Assembly: GCA_030141605.1 (NCBI GenBank)
Contig: JAQGDQ010001262.1
Coordinates: 1 to 51,360 of the forward strand
Length of the DNA stretch: 51,360 bases
Source: Tubiluchus corallicola
Lineage: Eukaryota; Animalia; Priapulida
Direction: 5' to 3'
Positions 1 to 23,885 of this stretch are shown here, piece after piece. Positions within the stretch are counted from its first letter, which is position 1. Each line of letters begins with the position of its first letter. The notes beneath the pieces are model-generated. The model was not told the DNA's origin and did not search any database. It saw only the letters and a program-made list of their open reading frames with translations. A program made the translations under genes and the position numbers.

Positions 1-858
1 TGCACAACATGGTGTACCAGAGAAGCTAGAAACTGACAATGGACCACCATTTAACTCCATTGAATTTAGACAGTTTGCAGAAGATGAGGGTTTTACTCAT
101 CACCGTATCACACCGCTACACCCAAGAGCCAATGGAGAAGCTGAAAAGTTTATGCAACTAGTAAACAAAACAGAGAAGATAGCACAGGTAGAAAACCAGG
201 ACAGAGAAATCGCAATTTAGACATGCTTACAGTATATCGGGATACACCACATCCCGCAACATGCGTCTCACCTTACAAAGCATTGAATAATCGAAATGTT
301 AGAACCAATCTATGCTACCAATCGCCAGATGGAGGAAAAGAATACCAGGATGTAGAAATAGATCAGAATGATAAAGAATATAAGTCCAAAATGAAGAATG
401 TAGGAAGAACCAACAAACATACACTAATGCTAGGAGATTACGTCTTAGTGAAACAGAGGAAAATTAACAAATGGACACCTCCATTCGAACCAATTTTATA
501 CACTATTACAGACATAAAAGGATCCCAAATGACAGCTAGGAGAACCACAGATGGGAAGGAAATCACACGTGATGCATCGCATTTTAAACTTGTCAATATG
601 CTAATGAACATGGCAGAGAACATAGTTACAGAAGACAAACGTGAAGAATACATAACACGATTCCAGAAAAAATCTGATTTGAACCAACAGCCTATTCACA
701 CAGAAGATGGTTGTTCACCGATTGGCGAATCGCATAAACAGTCTAACACCACTTGTGATACCAATGATACTGCAGAAGAAAGTTCCGTGGAAGGAGTACG
801 GCGATCTAATCGACAGAAACTTCTACCCAGAAAATTTCAAGACTTTGTAATGACGTAA
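1..858 (+). mobile_element. Ty3/Gypsy LTR retrotransposon pol 3' end (integrase core and C-terminus), with frameshift/stop lesions
   Basis: Translation gives DNGPPFNS...FTHHRITPLHPRANGEAEKFMQ (integrase D,D35E region), then YRDTPHPAT..SPY, GDYVLVK, W.P.F.P..Y.I and a terminal RRS.R motif typical of Gypsy pol. Reading frame is broken near 60 and 220. Confidence 0.88.
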
Positions 859-1136
859 AGTTACAAGATCAAGATGAAAAAAGTTTGGTTATCAAATGTT
901 ACATGTGAATCAGATTACTCAGTTACATTTATCTACATTGTATTACATTTAATTGAAACAAAAGAATTACAGTAGCAAACAATTTTTTTGTTATATCAGA
1001 ATATTTTAAGTAAGCTTAATCCAAGACTGATTTGTATCAGGTTTGAGTTCGATACTATGTTGTTCAAATTCAAGTTTGAAATTTTGTTTATTGTTACTCA
1101 TTTTATGTTCTTTTTCTCAAAAAAAATGGGAAGTAA

Positions 1137-1275
1137 TGTAGTGATTAGGAAATAAAATGAGCCGAACTGCGATGTTTTCGTAGTAAACGATGTGCTCGAT
1201 TGAGGCACCAGGCAAAGATGAAAGAAATCAAGTTTATCTTGTAATTTACTATATTTAGCCACAGTAGACACAACA
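1137..1275 (+). mobile_element. Probable 3' LTR of the Gypsy element (about 139 bp)
   Basis: Purine tract AAAAAAATGGGAAG just before TGTAGTG at 1137. Ends CACAACA at 1275 (6/7 inverted match, TG...CA). The flanking LINE remnant resumes immediately after. Confidence 0.6.
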
Positions 1276-2370
1276 GTATAGTTAGCAGTCTTCAATTTAT
1301 TCTTCAAATCATTTGGAAATTAAGTTAACTTGCTGTAGTCGTAATGCTGTGTTGTATAATATCTTCAAATTTTTGAGCAAAATGTTCTACTATATCTTTT
1401 GAACCTGATACTGCATTAACGCATGACACTCTAGGCGATTTTGAATCCTTATATTTTTTAGTTTTACTAAAAAGATCTCTTTGTCTGTTTCCAAACCTTG
1501 CTTTTACCGTCTTTTCATTTTTTAATTTAATTTGGTTTTTCATGGTCTGATGTGCAACATAGTGATATTTTGCTCTTGCATTTCTCATTACATCAGCGAT
1601 TACATCAGTTTGGTCTGCCACAACTATCCTAAATACTATGCCATAGCAGTGATTTGTGCTTAGCCTCTTCGCACTCATCATTCCACCCAACAATCTATCA
1701 AATTCAACGTTTGGGATACCATTTGTCTATACATATTCATATCTGCCTGGGGAGCTTCGTACCATATACTGGTTTGTTCTCAAATATGGGACTATGATCT
1801 TATGTTTTTATGCTGCTGTGATTAACTGATAAACTAGTTAAAATGTCTTCAGAATTATAATACTTTGTCATACAAAAATGGTTAATCAGTGACGTAGCTA
1901 AATTGAACATAATTAACACACGAGAAATCAATGCTATGTCGTTCGTGATTATTTCGTCTTACAAAAGAATGATCATCTATAAATGTAAGCAAGGTTTTAC
2001 CGGTACTTTGTAGGTTACTACAAAAAAATGTTTTCTAATCCCATCCACAAATTACAAGGTCTGAAACCCGCCAAATTTATAATATGTGTATCCCTTATTT
2101 CGTTTAAATAATAATTAAAAGATTCCACACCACGACTGTTGTTTGCACCTAAGTCACAAGGCATGTAACAGTTTGCTATAAGTAAGCGTTTATCTCCTAT
2201 GTTTAAAATTACAGTGCAAACTCTTTTACTATCATAATTAATCACAGTAATATATCTATTGAGGCCAGATTTGTCTAAAATTGCGCACCCACCATATGGG
2301 CGTCCTTTCAAGACATCTCGATTTGTATTCATACTACTTACTGCATGAAAATTACTGCAAAAAATTAGCA
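1276..2370 (-). mobile_element. Degraded non-LTR retrotransposon ORF2 (APE endonuclease and linker)
   Basis: Minus-strand fragments GRPYGGCAIL...RVCTVILN...LLIANCYMP and MRNARAKYHY...VNAVSGSKDIVEHFAQKF match LINE ORF2 N-terminal motifs. Many stops and frameshifts. Confidence 0.75.
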
Positions 2371-2399
2371 AAAAGATTACCGCAAATAGATATATATAT

Positions 2400-2930
2400 A
2401 TATACAGTACTGCAAAAACTATATATACAAGAAAAACACAAGACATATATACAATTTTAATTTTGAAATATAGTGACACTATATACAAACAAAACAATTA
2501 CTAATAAAACAAATATGATTAAATCTTCCTGCTAGTTATATTAGTTATTTACTGAATAGTTTATTGATTAGTATTTAAAATAAACTGTCATTCATTATGC
2601 ATCATTTTCAATGATATGATCATTACATAGTATATTGTTCATCATGTGTTAAAAACGCTTTTTCAACATAATTAATAAACACCTTAATTACTTCTAAATC
2701 ATTACTTTCCATCGAGAATAAAAATTCATCAGCATCGTTCATAAGGAAAAATTCTGGTATAATTACATTGATGTGATTATGTAATTTTCCTCTAAGATCA
2801 TTGTAATATGGGCATTTTATAACAAAGTGTAATTCGTCTTCAATTTCATTTCTTAAACGATATGAGCAGATACGATTCTCAGCCGGGATTTTTCTAGGTT
2901 TAACGCACCTCCCTCTTTCAATACACTTTA
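2400..2930 (-). mobile_element. LINE 3' end (CR1/L2-like Cys/His tail plus 3' UTR), copy 1
   Basis: Minus strand reads RIC...EIEDELHFVIKCPYYNDLRGK. Long alignable second copy at 7760-8290. Confidence 0.7.
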
Positions 2931-3704
2931 CAATACAATGTACTTTTATTATATTTTTTGTACATTTTTAATGGCGCATGACATGTAGTATTTCCTTGTT
3001 TTTTGTGTAAGTTTTTTAACTTTTATATGGCGTTTTTGTGTGCTGGAATAAACTTTAAATAAATAAATAAATAAAATGACTTTATATCACTTAACATTAC
3101 GTTTACGTGTTTGAAAGACATGTGTGTAACTGAAAAAGGAAAATTGTTAATAATATTAAATTTTCGTCAAGGAAACTGTAAAAGGTCACTCTTTCATTAT
3201 CCAGATGTGTTCCAATAAAAAACGTCGCTAGCTCAGCAAAAACATTTTAAAGTTACTTAACAAAAACAACGTTTAAATAACTGTTCCTAGCGGTCATCAC
3301 AAGAGTTTAAATTTTCAAATTTTGTAACGCGTTACTGCCAATACAAGCTCTCTGCGCAATAAGAAATCGTGTAGGCCGTACAAAATTCGAACACGATCTT
3401 TTAGGTTTTTGTAAGAATAGTATTTTCTTGTTATTTATTTTATTAATAAGATATTAATAAAATATTTGTTGTCAAGGACAAAATACTAAAAAAGTAGTTG
3501 ATAAGATCTGGCCATTAAAAATCACTGAGAGATCTGAACTACTCTGTAACTAGCAGGAATTTCCATTTTTGCACATACAGTAGCACAACGTAGATTATAC
3601 ATGTGTAACTCGTATGTATAATACAGCCTAGCTAGCATAAAAAACTTTTTAGGCTTGGTAACAAGTAAATGACTTAAATTATAGATTTGCAAAACTGTCT
3701 AAAA

Positions 3705-4338
3705 AGCAAAATCGTCCATAAGTCGACATACATAAAAATACGTAATGATGCTTCAAAGTAGAATGACCCAAAAATTTGGTCAAATGTAAATTTTTCGTAT
3801 TTTGTAAAAACCAGCGCTAAATATATTGGGCTTTTATATTCTAATATTTAATTATCAAGAAAGTGTTCAAAAGATACTAAAAATTTAATTTTATAACTCC
3901 TTACCCATTTTCTGCCTAGAAACTAGTACTGCAATTGTAAAAAACTTGTATTTTCAAACTCCATACGTTGCTCCTGGCAGCAGTCATTTTGCTTCGGGCA
4001 TTTACTGTTAACAAGCCCAGATCTTCGTCAGTAAGAGCCATCTACTGGATTTAAACATAACTTCAACATGTTTTTACAAAATCCGTAGCAACCAACATTT
4101 GTGCTGTTGCTAAGTATTCTGAAGAAACGCGACAAAAACAATGGCTGACTTTAACAGTGATTTTCTCAAGATTGTTTTTCAGTGTGCAGCCTGCACTTCA
4201 ACTTCAACGTGGATTATCTCAGCTTAGAAATAACATAGAGTGATGAACTTGGTATCAAAATTATCCTCATGAAATAGAGATTCAGGATATGTGAATAGCT
4301 AGAAAAGCCTAGTTGCCGACCTATGGATGATATTGCTA
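3705..4338. mobile_element. Non-autonomous TIR DNA element (MITE family A), end-eroded copy
   Basis: About 630 bp alignable to 38274-38890 and 44458-45072. Inverted ends AGCAAAATCGTCCATAAGTCG / CCGACCTATGGATGATATTGCT. Confidence 0.8.
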
Positions 4339-4547
4339 TTAATAAAAGAATTAGGTCGAGAAATTTATTATAAATTAGGATAAGATGTTTTAGATTCATG
4401 AGACACGCACGAGTTTTTCATTTTACCAAAATCAGGCGAAAACTGGAAGCTCTAGAATGATTACACGATTTTTTGTTTGCGCAGATTTTCAGAAAATTAC
4501 TCACTTCGCTCGATCAAAAGTTTATAGTATCGAAGTACTTCATTTAC

Positions 4548-5173
4548 TAGAGTAAAGACCTTTAAGTATTTAAGTATCTGGGTTCAATGATAGACGAGAC
4601 TGCAGGAATGGAAAAGGAGGTGAATTTCAGGATTCAGTGTGGTTGGAATAACTGGCGAAAAGTTTCGGGTGTGATATGCGATAAGAGGATTCCAGAGAGA
4701 CTTAAAGGTAAAGTTCACAAAGCAGTGGTCAGACCCGCCCTAATCTATGGGCTGGAAGCAGCACCTCTAAAGAAGACCGAAGAGAAGAAAATGGATGTGG
4801 CGGAGATGAGGATGTTGAGATGGATGGTGGGAGTAACAAGAAGGGATAAAATCAGGAATAGTAATATTAGAGGAACAGTGAAAGTAGTGGAAGCCTCGAA
4901 AAAGATACAAGAGGCAAGATTGCGATGGTATGGGCACCTGAAAAGAAGAGTCGGGGAAGATCACGTGGGAAGGGAGGTCATGGAAATGGAAGTGCTGGGA
5001 AATAGAAGAAGAGGACGACCCAAGCTGAGATGGTTTGAATGCATAAACGGAGACCTTAGAGAGAAGAACATAAATGAAGAGATGGTCAACAACAGGAAAG
5101 CATGGAGAAGACTTATTCACAACGGCGACCCCGCATAGGGAAAAGCTGGGAAGAAGAAGAAGAAGAAGAAGAA
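4548..5173 (+). mobile_element. 5'-truncated RTE-clade LINE (Expander/Rex3-like) with (GAA)n tail and 16-bp TSD
   Basis: ORF 4587-5138 has FKYLGS, RP.L.YG.E, E.RMLRW..G, RLRWYGHL.R and GRP..RW motifs of the RTE RT C-terminus. (GAA)n tail at about 5150-5173. GAAGTACTTCATTTAC is duplicated at 4532-4547 and 5174-5189. Confidence 0.93.
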
Positions 5174-5303
5174 GAAGTACTTCATTTACATATTAGTTTA
5201 GATCTAAATAAACCGGTAATAAACATTCAGTGGTGAAGTTCACAATGTTTTGAAAGAGAATCTTTGTCGAGTTATTGCAAAATTTTCACATTTTTAAGTT
5301 CAA

Positions 5304-5895
5304 AGCACAAGAAAACCTTTCAGTTACATAAAGCTTATACTAGGTTTTACGTACGTGGCTTGCGTCGGCAGTAACGCTATATAAAACATGTAAATTTAAA
5401 CTCCAGCGAAGACCATTAGATGCAGTATTTTAGTGATAGGTCGTTTGAAACATGTTTAGTTAACATTGCTTGAAGTTTGAAAAAATAACCAGAGTATTCG
5501 TAGCTTACATGTTACTAGTTTAGTAAATACGTTGTTTTGGTTAGTGGGTGGCGCACCCTGGAGGTGAGTCAACGACATTTCTTACCAATTGGTGAAAACG
5601 TTTTATATAACTAATAATTTTCTTTTCTAGTTACATAAGTCTTTCTAGCAGGTCAGAGTTATGTTAAGTAATATTGATTTGCATGGAAAGTTTTTGGGAC
5701 ATAGTCTATCTTCGCCTGATTTACGTTGTGCGTGTATGACGTCACGTAATGGCGTCGTCGGAATAGTATTGCGGGAGATTGAAAATGAAAACAGACAAAA
5801 AATCTTTGCAACGCGCGTACGATATTGCTATAAAGTAATATAATTTTCAAGACGATTTTTCTTAAACCTATTCCAGGTACCCCTTTTCTTGTCCT
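5304..5895 (+). mobile_element. Kolobok-like non-autonomous DNA transposon (family B)
   Basis: Ends AGCACAAGAAAA / TTTTCTTGTCCT followed by TTAA. Homologous copies at 25208-25873, 32137-32370 (partial), 35150-35902 (reverse) and 11730-11930 (reverse, partial). Confidence 0.75.
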
Positions 5896-5983
5896 TTAAG
5901 CTGGTCTAAGCGTGTCATAAGGATAATTTAATGTTATGATATGGAAAATTTATGTTAATGATAGTGAACTAAGATCTTAGTAC

Positions 5984-6075
5984 ATCTTGGCTTGATGGTC
6001 CAACTGGTAGAAATCTTAAGCAAGGGAATTGTGTCCAAATAGTCACTGGTTCAAGTCCAGTCTGAGGTGGAAACT
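5984..6075 (+). other. tRNA-derived sequence (SINE head or tRNA pseudogene)
   Basis: A-box-like TGGTCCAACTGG, B-box GGTTCAAGTCC inside a perfect T-arm (ACTGG-TTCAAGT-CCAGT), T-rich tail. Acceptor and anticodon stems are poor. Confidence 0.5.
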
Positions 6076-6300
6076 TTTCGAACTTTCTTTTTCGAACTGT
6101 TTGGGTTTAATATTGCCATAGTACGTCTTAAATAATTAATTAAGAAAATAAATAAACGAATAAATATTCTTAATTCAACCTTATAAGAACTCCATGTTTA
6201 TGATAATTATGAAAATTATTTCCATAGTTATGATATACGGAGTTAAGAATACTTGAAATTTAATTTCAGACATTTCTAATGTTAAAACTTTTATTACTGA

Positions 6301-17494
<11,194 letters not shown>

Positions 17495-17874
17495 CGAGAA
17501 CATTTTTGCATTAATAAAATTGTGATAAACTTTAAAGATCTATTGTGATAATGTTTTACCTTTTACATGATGAGTCAAAATACTGAAAGGTGTTGTAGCG
17601 ATTGAACAGACAGCGCCATCTGACGAGGAATAACATAAGCATTTTTGTTTTCGTTGCTGAATGTTAGACAATCGTCTGCACAATTGCATTTTCTAGGGCT
17701 CATGATTAAGCAAATATGGTTTTTTGTGTAACCCAAATTTATGTGTTTTTACAAATTTCAGTAAATAATAAATGTTTTTTGTCATGATCATTATAAAATT
17801 TTACTTGTATTTTATATTGAATTCTTGTAGAAACTATAAAAAATTCCATAGAATTTCCTCCAATATATACTGTA

Positions 17875-17918
<44 letters not shown>

Positions 17919-18048
17919 GTGTGTGTGTGTGCATGTGTGTGTGTGCATGTGTGTGCGTGTGTGTTTGTTTGTATGTGTGTGTGTGTGACAGGGTGTGTGT
18001 ATGCGTATGCATGTGTGTGCGTGTGTGTATACGTATGCATGTGCGTGC

Positions 18049-18086
<38 letters not shown>

Positions 18087-18350
18087 ACGCATGTGCATAT
18101 GTTTGCGTGTGTGTGTGTGCACGCGTGCGTGTCTGTGTTTGGGTGTGTGTGTGTGTGTGTGTGCGCATGTGTGTGTATGTGTGTGTGTGTTTGTATGTGT
18201 GCATGTGTGACAGGGTGTGTGTATGCGTATGCATGTGTGCGTGCATGTGTGCGTGCGTGCGTGCGCGTGCGTGCGTGCGCGTGTGTGTGTGTGCATGTAT
18301 GTCTGTGAGAGAGTGTGTTTATGGTACGCGTGTGCATCCTGTGTGTGAGT
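17875..18350. repeat. Imperfect (TG)n microsatellite
   Basis: Directly visible. Confidence 0.97.
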
Positions 18351-19258
18351 GAAAGTATAGGACACTAACAAAACAACAATCGTCGTAATCTTCGTCATCA
18401 TCGCGATTATTATCGTCACGCCATTATCAGTAAGTATTGTGATCACGCCAGCATTAGATGCATGAACAATTGTACACACGTTTCACAATGATGCGATTAT
18501 CAAAGCAAAAACGTAACGATTCTGTAGGAAATATGTGACTCCTATACAAATTATTGTGAATATTGTACTGCAGGGCTGTGATGAGATAGTGTAATACTGG
18601 CAGGGAAATACAGCAGACTTCTCATGTGTGCGTGTGAACGTGGCTTTATCTAGCACGTAGACTCTTATTCTGACTTTGAGTTAGTAAGAGAAACTAGTCA
18701 CGTGCACACACGAGCTTATAAAAAGGGTAGGTCTGCTGTAGATCCTTGTCAGTGGTCGTCTCATCTCAGCTCTGTTCACTTTTCACAGGCTTTGCTCTAT
18801 TCTACTCTGTTCGGTAAGCTATTTGAAATATTTTATAATAAATTGTCATTTTGATTTTATTATTCATTTTGGTTTTGGTTTGGCATTGACTTGGTTGAGA
18901 CACGAAGCACGGTGTAGGCCGCGGTGCCATCCGTCTTGCCTCCATTGAAAGCGGAGAGCAGTCCAATATTTTAAACATTTAGTTTAATGAAAGGTTACTG
19001 GAAAGAGTAATATAAAGATATTATTTCTCTGGTTCGTGTTAGTGTATTAGATTACAAAATTTGCCCTTTTTCTTTGTCAGTAATTATTTCGAAAACTAAA
19101 AGATTAAATAAGGTATGTAAACAAATAAAGAGAAAATATAAGAAAAACTAGAAAAAACAATGCTAACAACGATAACAAGCTAACAATGCTAATAGTGGAA
19201 AACAAACTAACAGAGCTATCGTTTAAATATATGGCTGACAGTTCCTGTACACAAATTA

Positions 19259-19805
19259 TCAACAGCGGAAATCTTCAAATTTCAAATTCGTCTCATTTCT
19301 TCCCTTGAGCTCCATTGGTTCACTGCAGTTTCGCAAGGCCAATCTTCTCCAAGCATACTGCTTCGTCCATGCAAGTCTACAATCACAGACCATCTTCCTT
19401 GCTGCTGGGCCTATCAAAATCAATAATATATAAGTAACATTGATCTAGGTATATTTGTGGTATGTCTATTTCGTAGTAGCATTTTACTATTTATGATTGC
19501 ATACAGTGCTGGTTGAACAATTGACGTGAGGCATATTGGCCTATCTATCGCTCTGTCTCTCTTATGACGTCACGCTGACAGAAATTCGGGACATCAGCTT
19601 GCTTTGGACAAGTCCCGTTAAGTAAACAGTATGACACCATTAATGTCTAATCAGCAGGTACACACACACATGCGCGCACACACATGCGGGCGTGCACACA
19701 CACACGCACACACACACACACACATACACACACACATGCGCACACATACACACACACACACATGCACGCACACACACACACACAAACACATGCACATGCA
19801 CACGT

Positions 19806-19836
<31 letters not shown>

Positions 19837-20003
19837 CGCACAAACACGCGCAAACACGCACACACAAACACACACGCACACGCACACACGCACGCACGCA
19901 CACACACAGACACGCACGCACGCACACACACACACGCACGCACGGACACACACACGCACACACACACACACACACGCACACAAACACGTACACACACACA
20001 CAC

Positions 20004-20076
<73 letters not shown>

Positions 20077-21898
20077 TTAAAAAATATCAGAGCAGCAGTT
20101 ACTTTTGCATGATGTCATTCATCAGCTGTAGAAAAGCAGCCCACTGTCAATTTCTGTTAAAATGTTTTCATGGAATTTTTGCATGAATATTGCAAAACTT
20201 CTGTAAGCTGCAGAAGTTTGAATTAGTTTAAGCAGCACGTACTTAAAGAAAGCCAAAATCCGCTTACGAAAAACCAACCAGATACGTCATGATATTAAGT
20301 AAGTGACGGCTACTTTGCAGAATTTCCATACTGCGCAATATAAATTAATATTATATCTTTACACTTCATAGACAGTTTTCAGCGAATTTATTTATGACAT
20401 TTTTCTAAGTTTAACATTAAACCAAATGCAACATGTTTAGTGACTTGTCCTTTAGTTTAAAAGCAAAGATACAAATTACGTAAATTTGGTCTGTCCTTTT
20501 GGCCACATCTACAAAAATTCCTTAAGGGTCAAATACAACTTTCGTTGTGATATATATTGTATACAATCTATTATAATTTGTTTTGAGTTTTCACTGGAGG
20601 CATTTGCCTTTAACAGCTGTGTGAATTTCATTCTCATGCTGCGATGTTTTATAGTTATGAATATTGATTTTTTTTATGGCAAATAAAGATTATTATATAT
20701 ATAAGTTTCAGTTTTACACGAAGGCAGAAACAAAATGCTTGAACTAAGATTTTCTGAGACTTTTGACTTTTTCTTAGTTGTTTATATAAGATGAAATCGC
20801 TTGTGAAGGTGTCATTTCCAAAGAAAGTCAAGACTATACGACGCTCTACTGTGAATTTATGGTTGCTTATGTAACTTGCGAATTTATCAAGTACTTGTGG
20901 TGTATTAGAAGTACTATTAACCTAGTTTCTGTGAGATGGATATTTATTACATGTATCTGCATAGCGATTATACTCAAGCAGGCTACGCAACTGCTTGTTG
21001 CGTAATACCTTGCACCTGTTCGTTATGTGGCACTTATATAAAAGCCGCTCTCAGTAACTGCCTGTGGTGTGTTATAAGATGCGTCCCTTATATAAATGTG
21101 AAAGTATACACACTTTCCGGGGAGAATAAGAATTTTTATTAAAATGTGACGTCCCTCAAACTTAGCCTAGTTAGCCTATCGATTAATTCACCCCTATCAG
21201 TAACTATCAAACGTAAACTTACGAATGAGTTTTCCGTTCATCCAAACATCGGGAAATCCTTGCAGCACTATGGAAACATCTTCAGTTCTGACCATCTCAT
21301 TGAGTTTAGGTTTTCCAACTGTTGTCACGTGCCCTCTGACCACGAACAAATGGAAGTTTTCAGTGCTCGTCAAATCCAGCGAGGGAATTTCTAGTTCGTT
21401 GAACAAATATATTCTAAGTTGCTGTAATCTCGATACTTTAGCAAACGCGTTCTCATCAATGATAACAGGGTTATCACTGCTATGTGTAAGCCATATAACT
21501 TCAATTACCCCTTCCAATGCATTCTTTTCCAGCCTCGTAAATGACCCAAGGGTCAAATACAATTTTTTTAAGACTTGTTCCGGCGACAATAAGATTGTAA
21601 AATTGTAACCGGTATAGTTGCGTATCTGAAATTCTGCGACCTCTTGTGGCATTTTGTCTATTACTCCACCGAGGTTGTCTTTGTTGACCGTGTTGGGTAC
21701 GTTGCCCTCAAATGTTCCCCCACACCTGATCATACAACCTTTACCATCATCCCACCAGGCGTTGCAGGAGAATTCTGTGAAGTTACAGTCACTTTGGGCA
21801 AAAGCTGAGATCAATACTTGCCCTGGATGGTTTAAGCAAGTTAGAAAAACGAGCAAACTGATGCAAACGTTAATACCTGCAAGTTCGCACATTCTCAC
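19259..21898 (-). CDS. Secreted leucine-rich-repeat protein (signal peptide, Cys-rich N-cap, divergent LRRs, LRRCT), about 275 aa. Exons 21898-21223 and 19410-19259
   Basis: Exon 1 has a hydrophobic N-terminus, a Cys cap and LRR-like LKKLYL...LEKNALEG and [17 protein letters not shown]. Donor C|GTAAGT (phase 1) at 21223/21222 joins acceptor TTTTGATAG| at 19410, giving [15 protein letters not shown]...[23 protein letters not shown], a canonical LRRCT. Confidence 0.82.
19659..20076. repeat. Imperfect (CA)n microsatellite in the LRR gene intron
   Basis: Directly visible. Confidence 0.97.
20830..21196 (-). mobile_element. hAT-like non-autonomous repeat (family D), copy 1, in the LRR gene intron
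   Basis: Its reverse complement aligns over about 340 bp with 27964-28325. Terminus (T/C)AGGGG...ATAGGCTAACTAGGCTA. Confidence 0.7.
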
Positions 21899-22339
21899 TT
21901 GGTAACGACAGATTTTTACTTTTCGTTTTCCTATTAATCGCGGGATATGGCATCTTTAGACGTGATTAGACTAAAACTGTAACGTTAGTAAAAAAAATGG
22001 AATACAACAATGGCTACTTGTAATCAAAACAATGGGAATAACACAATCAGAGAGAACATACAGAATGAAAAAGAAAAGAATACCTTTGATAAGCCTTTTC
22101 ACAGTTCCAGCGATTGGCGATGATCGTGAAAAGGTCAAAGATTAAGTGTACCAGACAACGCATTTGTGTAAAAAATGTATTACGAATGAATATAATGAGC
22201 GCTTTGTTTGCGTAACATTAGTAAGGAAGAGTATGAATTGAAAACACCAATTAAAAACAGACAGACTTTCCTTTCTCGTTTGTCTTTAAAAGTAGATTGT
22301 TGAACCGATGAGGAGTTCGTACTACATCAGTATGCCCTA

Positions 22340-22720
22340 ATTATAATGATGATCGAAGTAATGAGATTTCAACAAATAGATTCATTGTCAATTTTTCGCA
22401 TTTAAACGGTGATTTGTTTTCTAGGAATATTATCGATGACCCTTCATGTAGTTGCAACAATTCGACTGAGAGTTCCCCCCCCCCCGCCATTATTTTTTGA
22501 GTGTTCAAACTACGACATACACAGAACATTAAAATTGGATCAGCTCTGTTATTATCGGCACATAACTCAAGAATTACACACCAGCCCTAGACCTGCTATT
22601 ATATATAACGATATTTTTCATAAACTCAGATCAGGTCATCCATCCATACTCTTAAAATTGTTGCAGAACTACGTAAAGTCCACTAAACGTTTTGTTAACT
22701 GATTGTACGTATAATTGTAT
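22340..22720 (+). mobile_element. LINE (CR1/L2-like) 3' end remnant
   Basis: DDPSCSC...ES...FFECSNYDIHR...NYVKSTKRF zinc-knuckle tail across a frameshift. Confidence 0.65.
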
Positions 22721-23301
22721 TTTAAGTTAATATGTAGACTGTCTCTCAATCAAGTACTCATTAAAAACAACTTATGCCAGAATCAACTATATGCATTGCT
22801 GTAATAACTGCAATTGTATTAATTGTATTAATTTCACATGTATCGGATTTCTGAATTAAGTAGCAGCATTGCACATTAAAAAATACAACTTATACTTTGC
22901 ATGGGCTTACAGGCTTATGTACATCGAGAATCGTTTCTGTTGTATGGGTTTTGTAAATTTTAATTAAGTATTAACTAATGAACTGTATTTTTGAATTAAC
23001 TATTTTGATTGTTATTACATACTCGAGCTAACTAATTGCATATTTCATCACTGCACATAATGGAAATACTGTGATCAGTAATAGATGTTACTGTATTGTA
23101 AATCCACTCAAAATAAATAAAGTTTATATACATTATTCCACGTTACACTGTGGTGGTCTATTGACGAAGAGAAAAGCTGAAACTGTTCGTGTGACAGCGG
23201 CAGTTGTGGCGGAAGCTGGGACAGTTGTGGCAGCAGTGACTGTTCGACAGTGGACGCGCTACTGGAAAATTTAAGTCAGTTTATTTTCTCCTTCTTTATT
23301 A

Positions 23302-23885
23302 ACCCTCAGCCACCGGAGATGGGGTACAAAAACAGCCAAACAAGTTTAATTTTATCATTTTGCGCTGAAACTGCCAGTACCTGCCCTCTTCTATCTATCT
23401 GTAGTTTTACTACAAGCAGGTGTCATTTGATCTCTTGCGCATCGCTTACTTTCATTAAAGCAAAACCGGACCCAATCTTATACAGAAGGTCAAAACAATC
23501 TCCTCTTTAAAATATTGAAAGGAATCACTATTTTTACTGTTGACTTACGTTAAAGAAATGTTACCACACAAAAACAATTTCACATTCACACCACTAGGTC
23601 TTCCCTGTTACATGCATTTCGCCTTTCGCTTGATAGGCGGGCACTTACTTCAAATTAGTTAGTTTGTGACGAACTGCACACGTTCGGCAGCTCGTGCGTG
23701 AGCATAGCGGTAAATTTGAAATTGGAAATTTTTATCGTAAACTTGCCTTGTTTTAACACAACACACTGAATAGCTTACAGTAGCACTGTACTTCAATTTT
23801 CACTTTCGCAAATATTTTCGCTCTTGTAATATTTTTGCTGTTGAAAATTATATTCGTTTGTGATGTCATCAATAGTTGGGCGAAC
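23302..23885. mobile_element. piggyBac-like non-autonomous element fragment
   Basis: TTAA|CCCTCAGCCACCGGA start (similar start at about 31728). Internal parts are shared with 7075-7300 (inverted) and 50915-51170. Confidence 0.5.

Noticed and set aside
17739-20186. HT- and CV-rich ORFs that look like metal-binding proteins
   Set aside because: They are translations of (TG)n/(CA)n microsatellites.
21197-21222. LRR ORF apparently truncated by a transposon (pseudogene)
   Set aside because: A consensus GTAAGT donor precedes the stop and splices in frame to an LRRCT exon; the transposon is intronic.
23140-23262. GC-richer exon-like patch on the minus strand after TTTTCCAG
   Set aside because: No recognisable protein and no phase-consistent partner exon. 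It could be a UTR exon but is unsupported.
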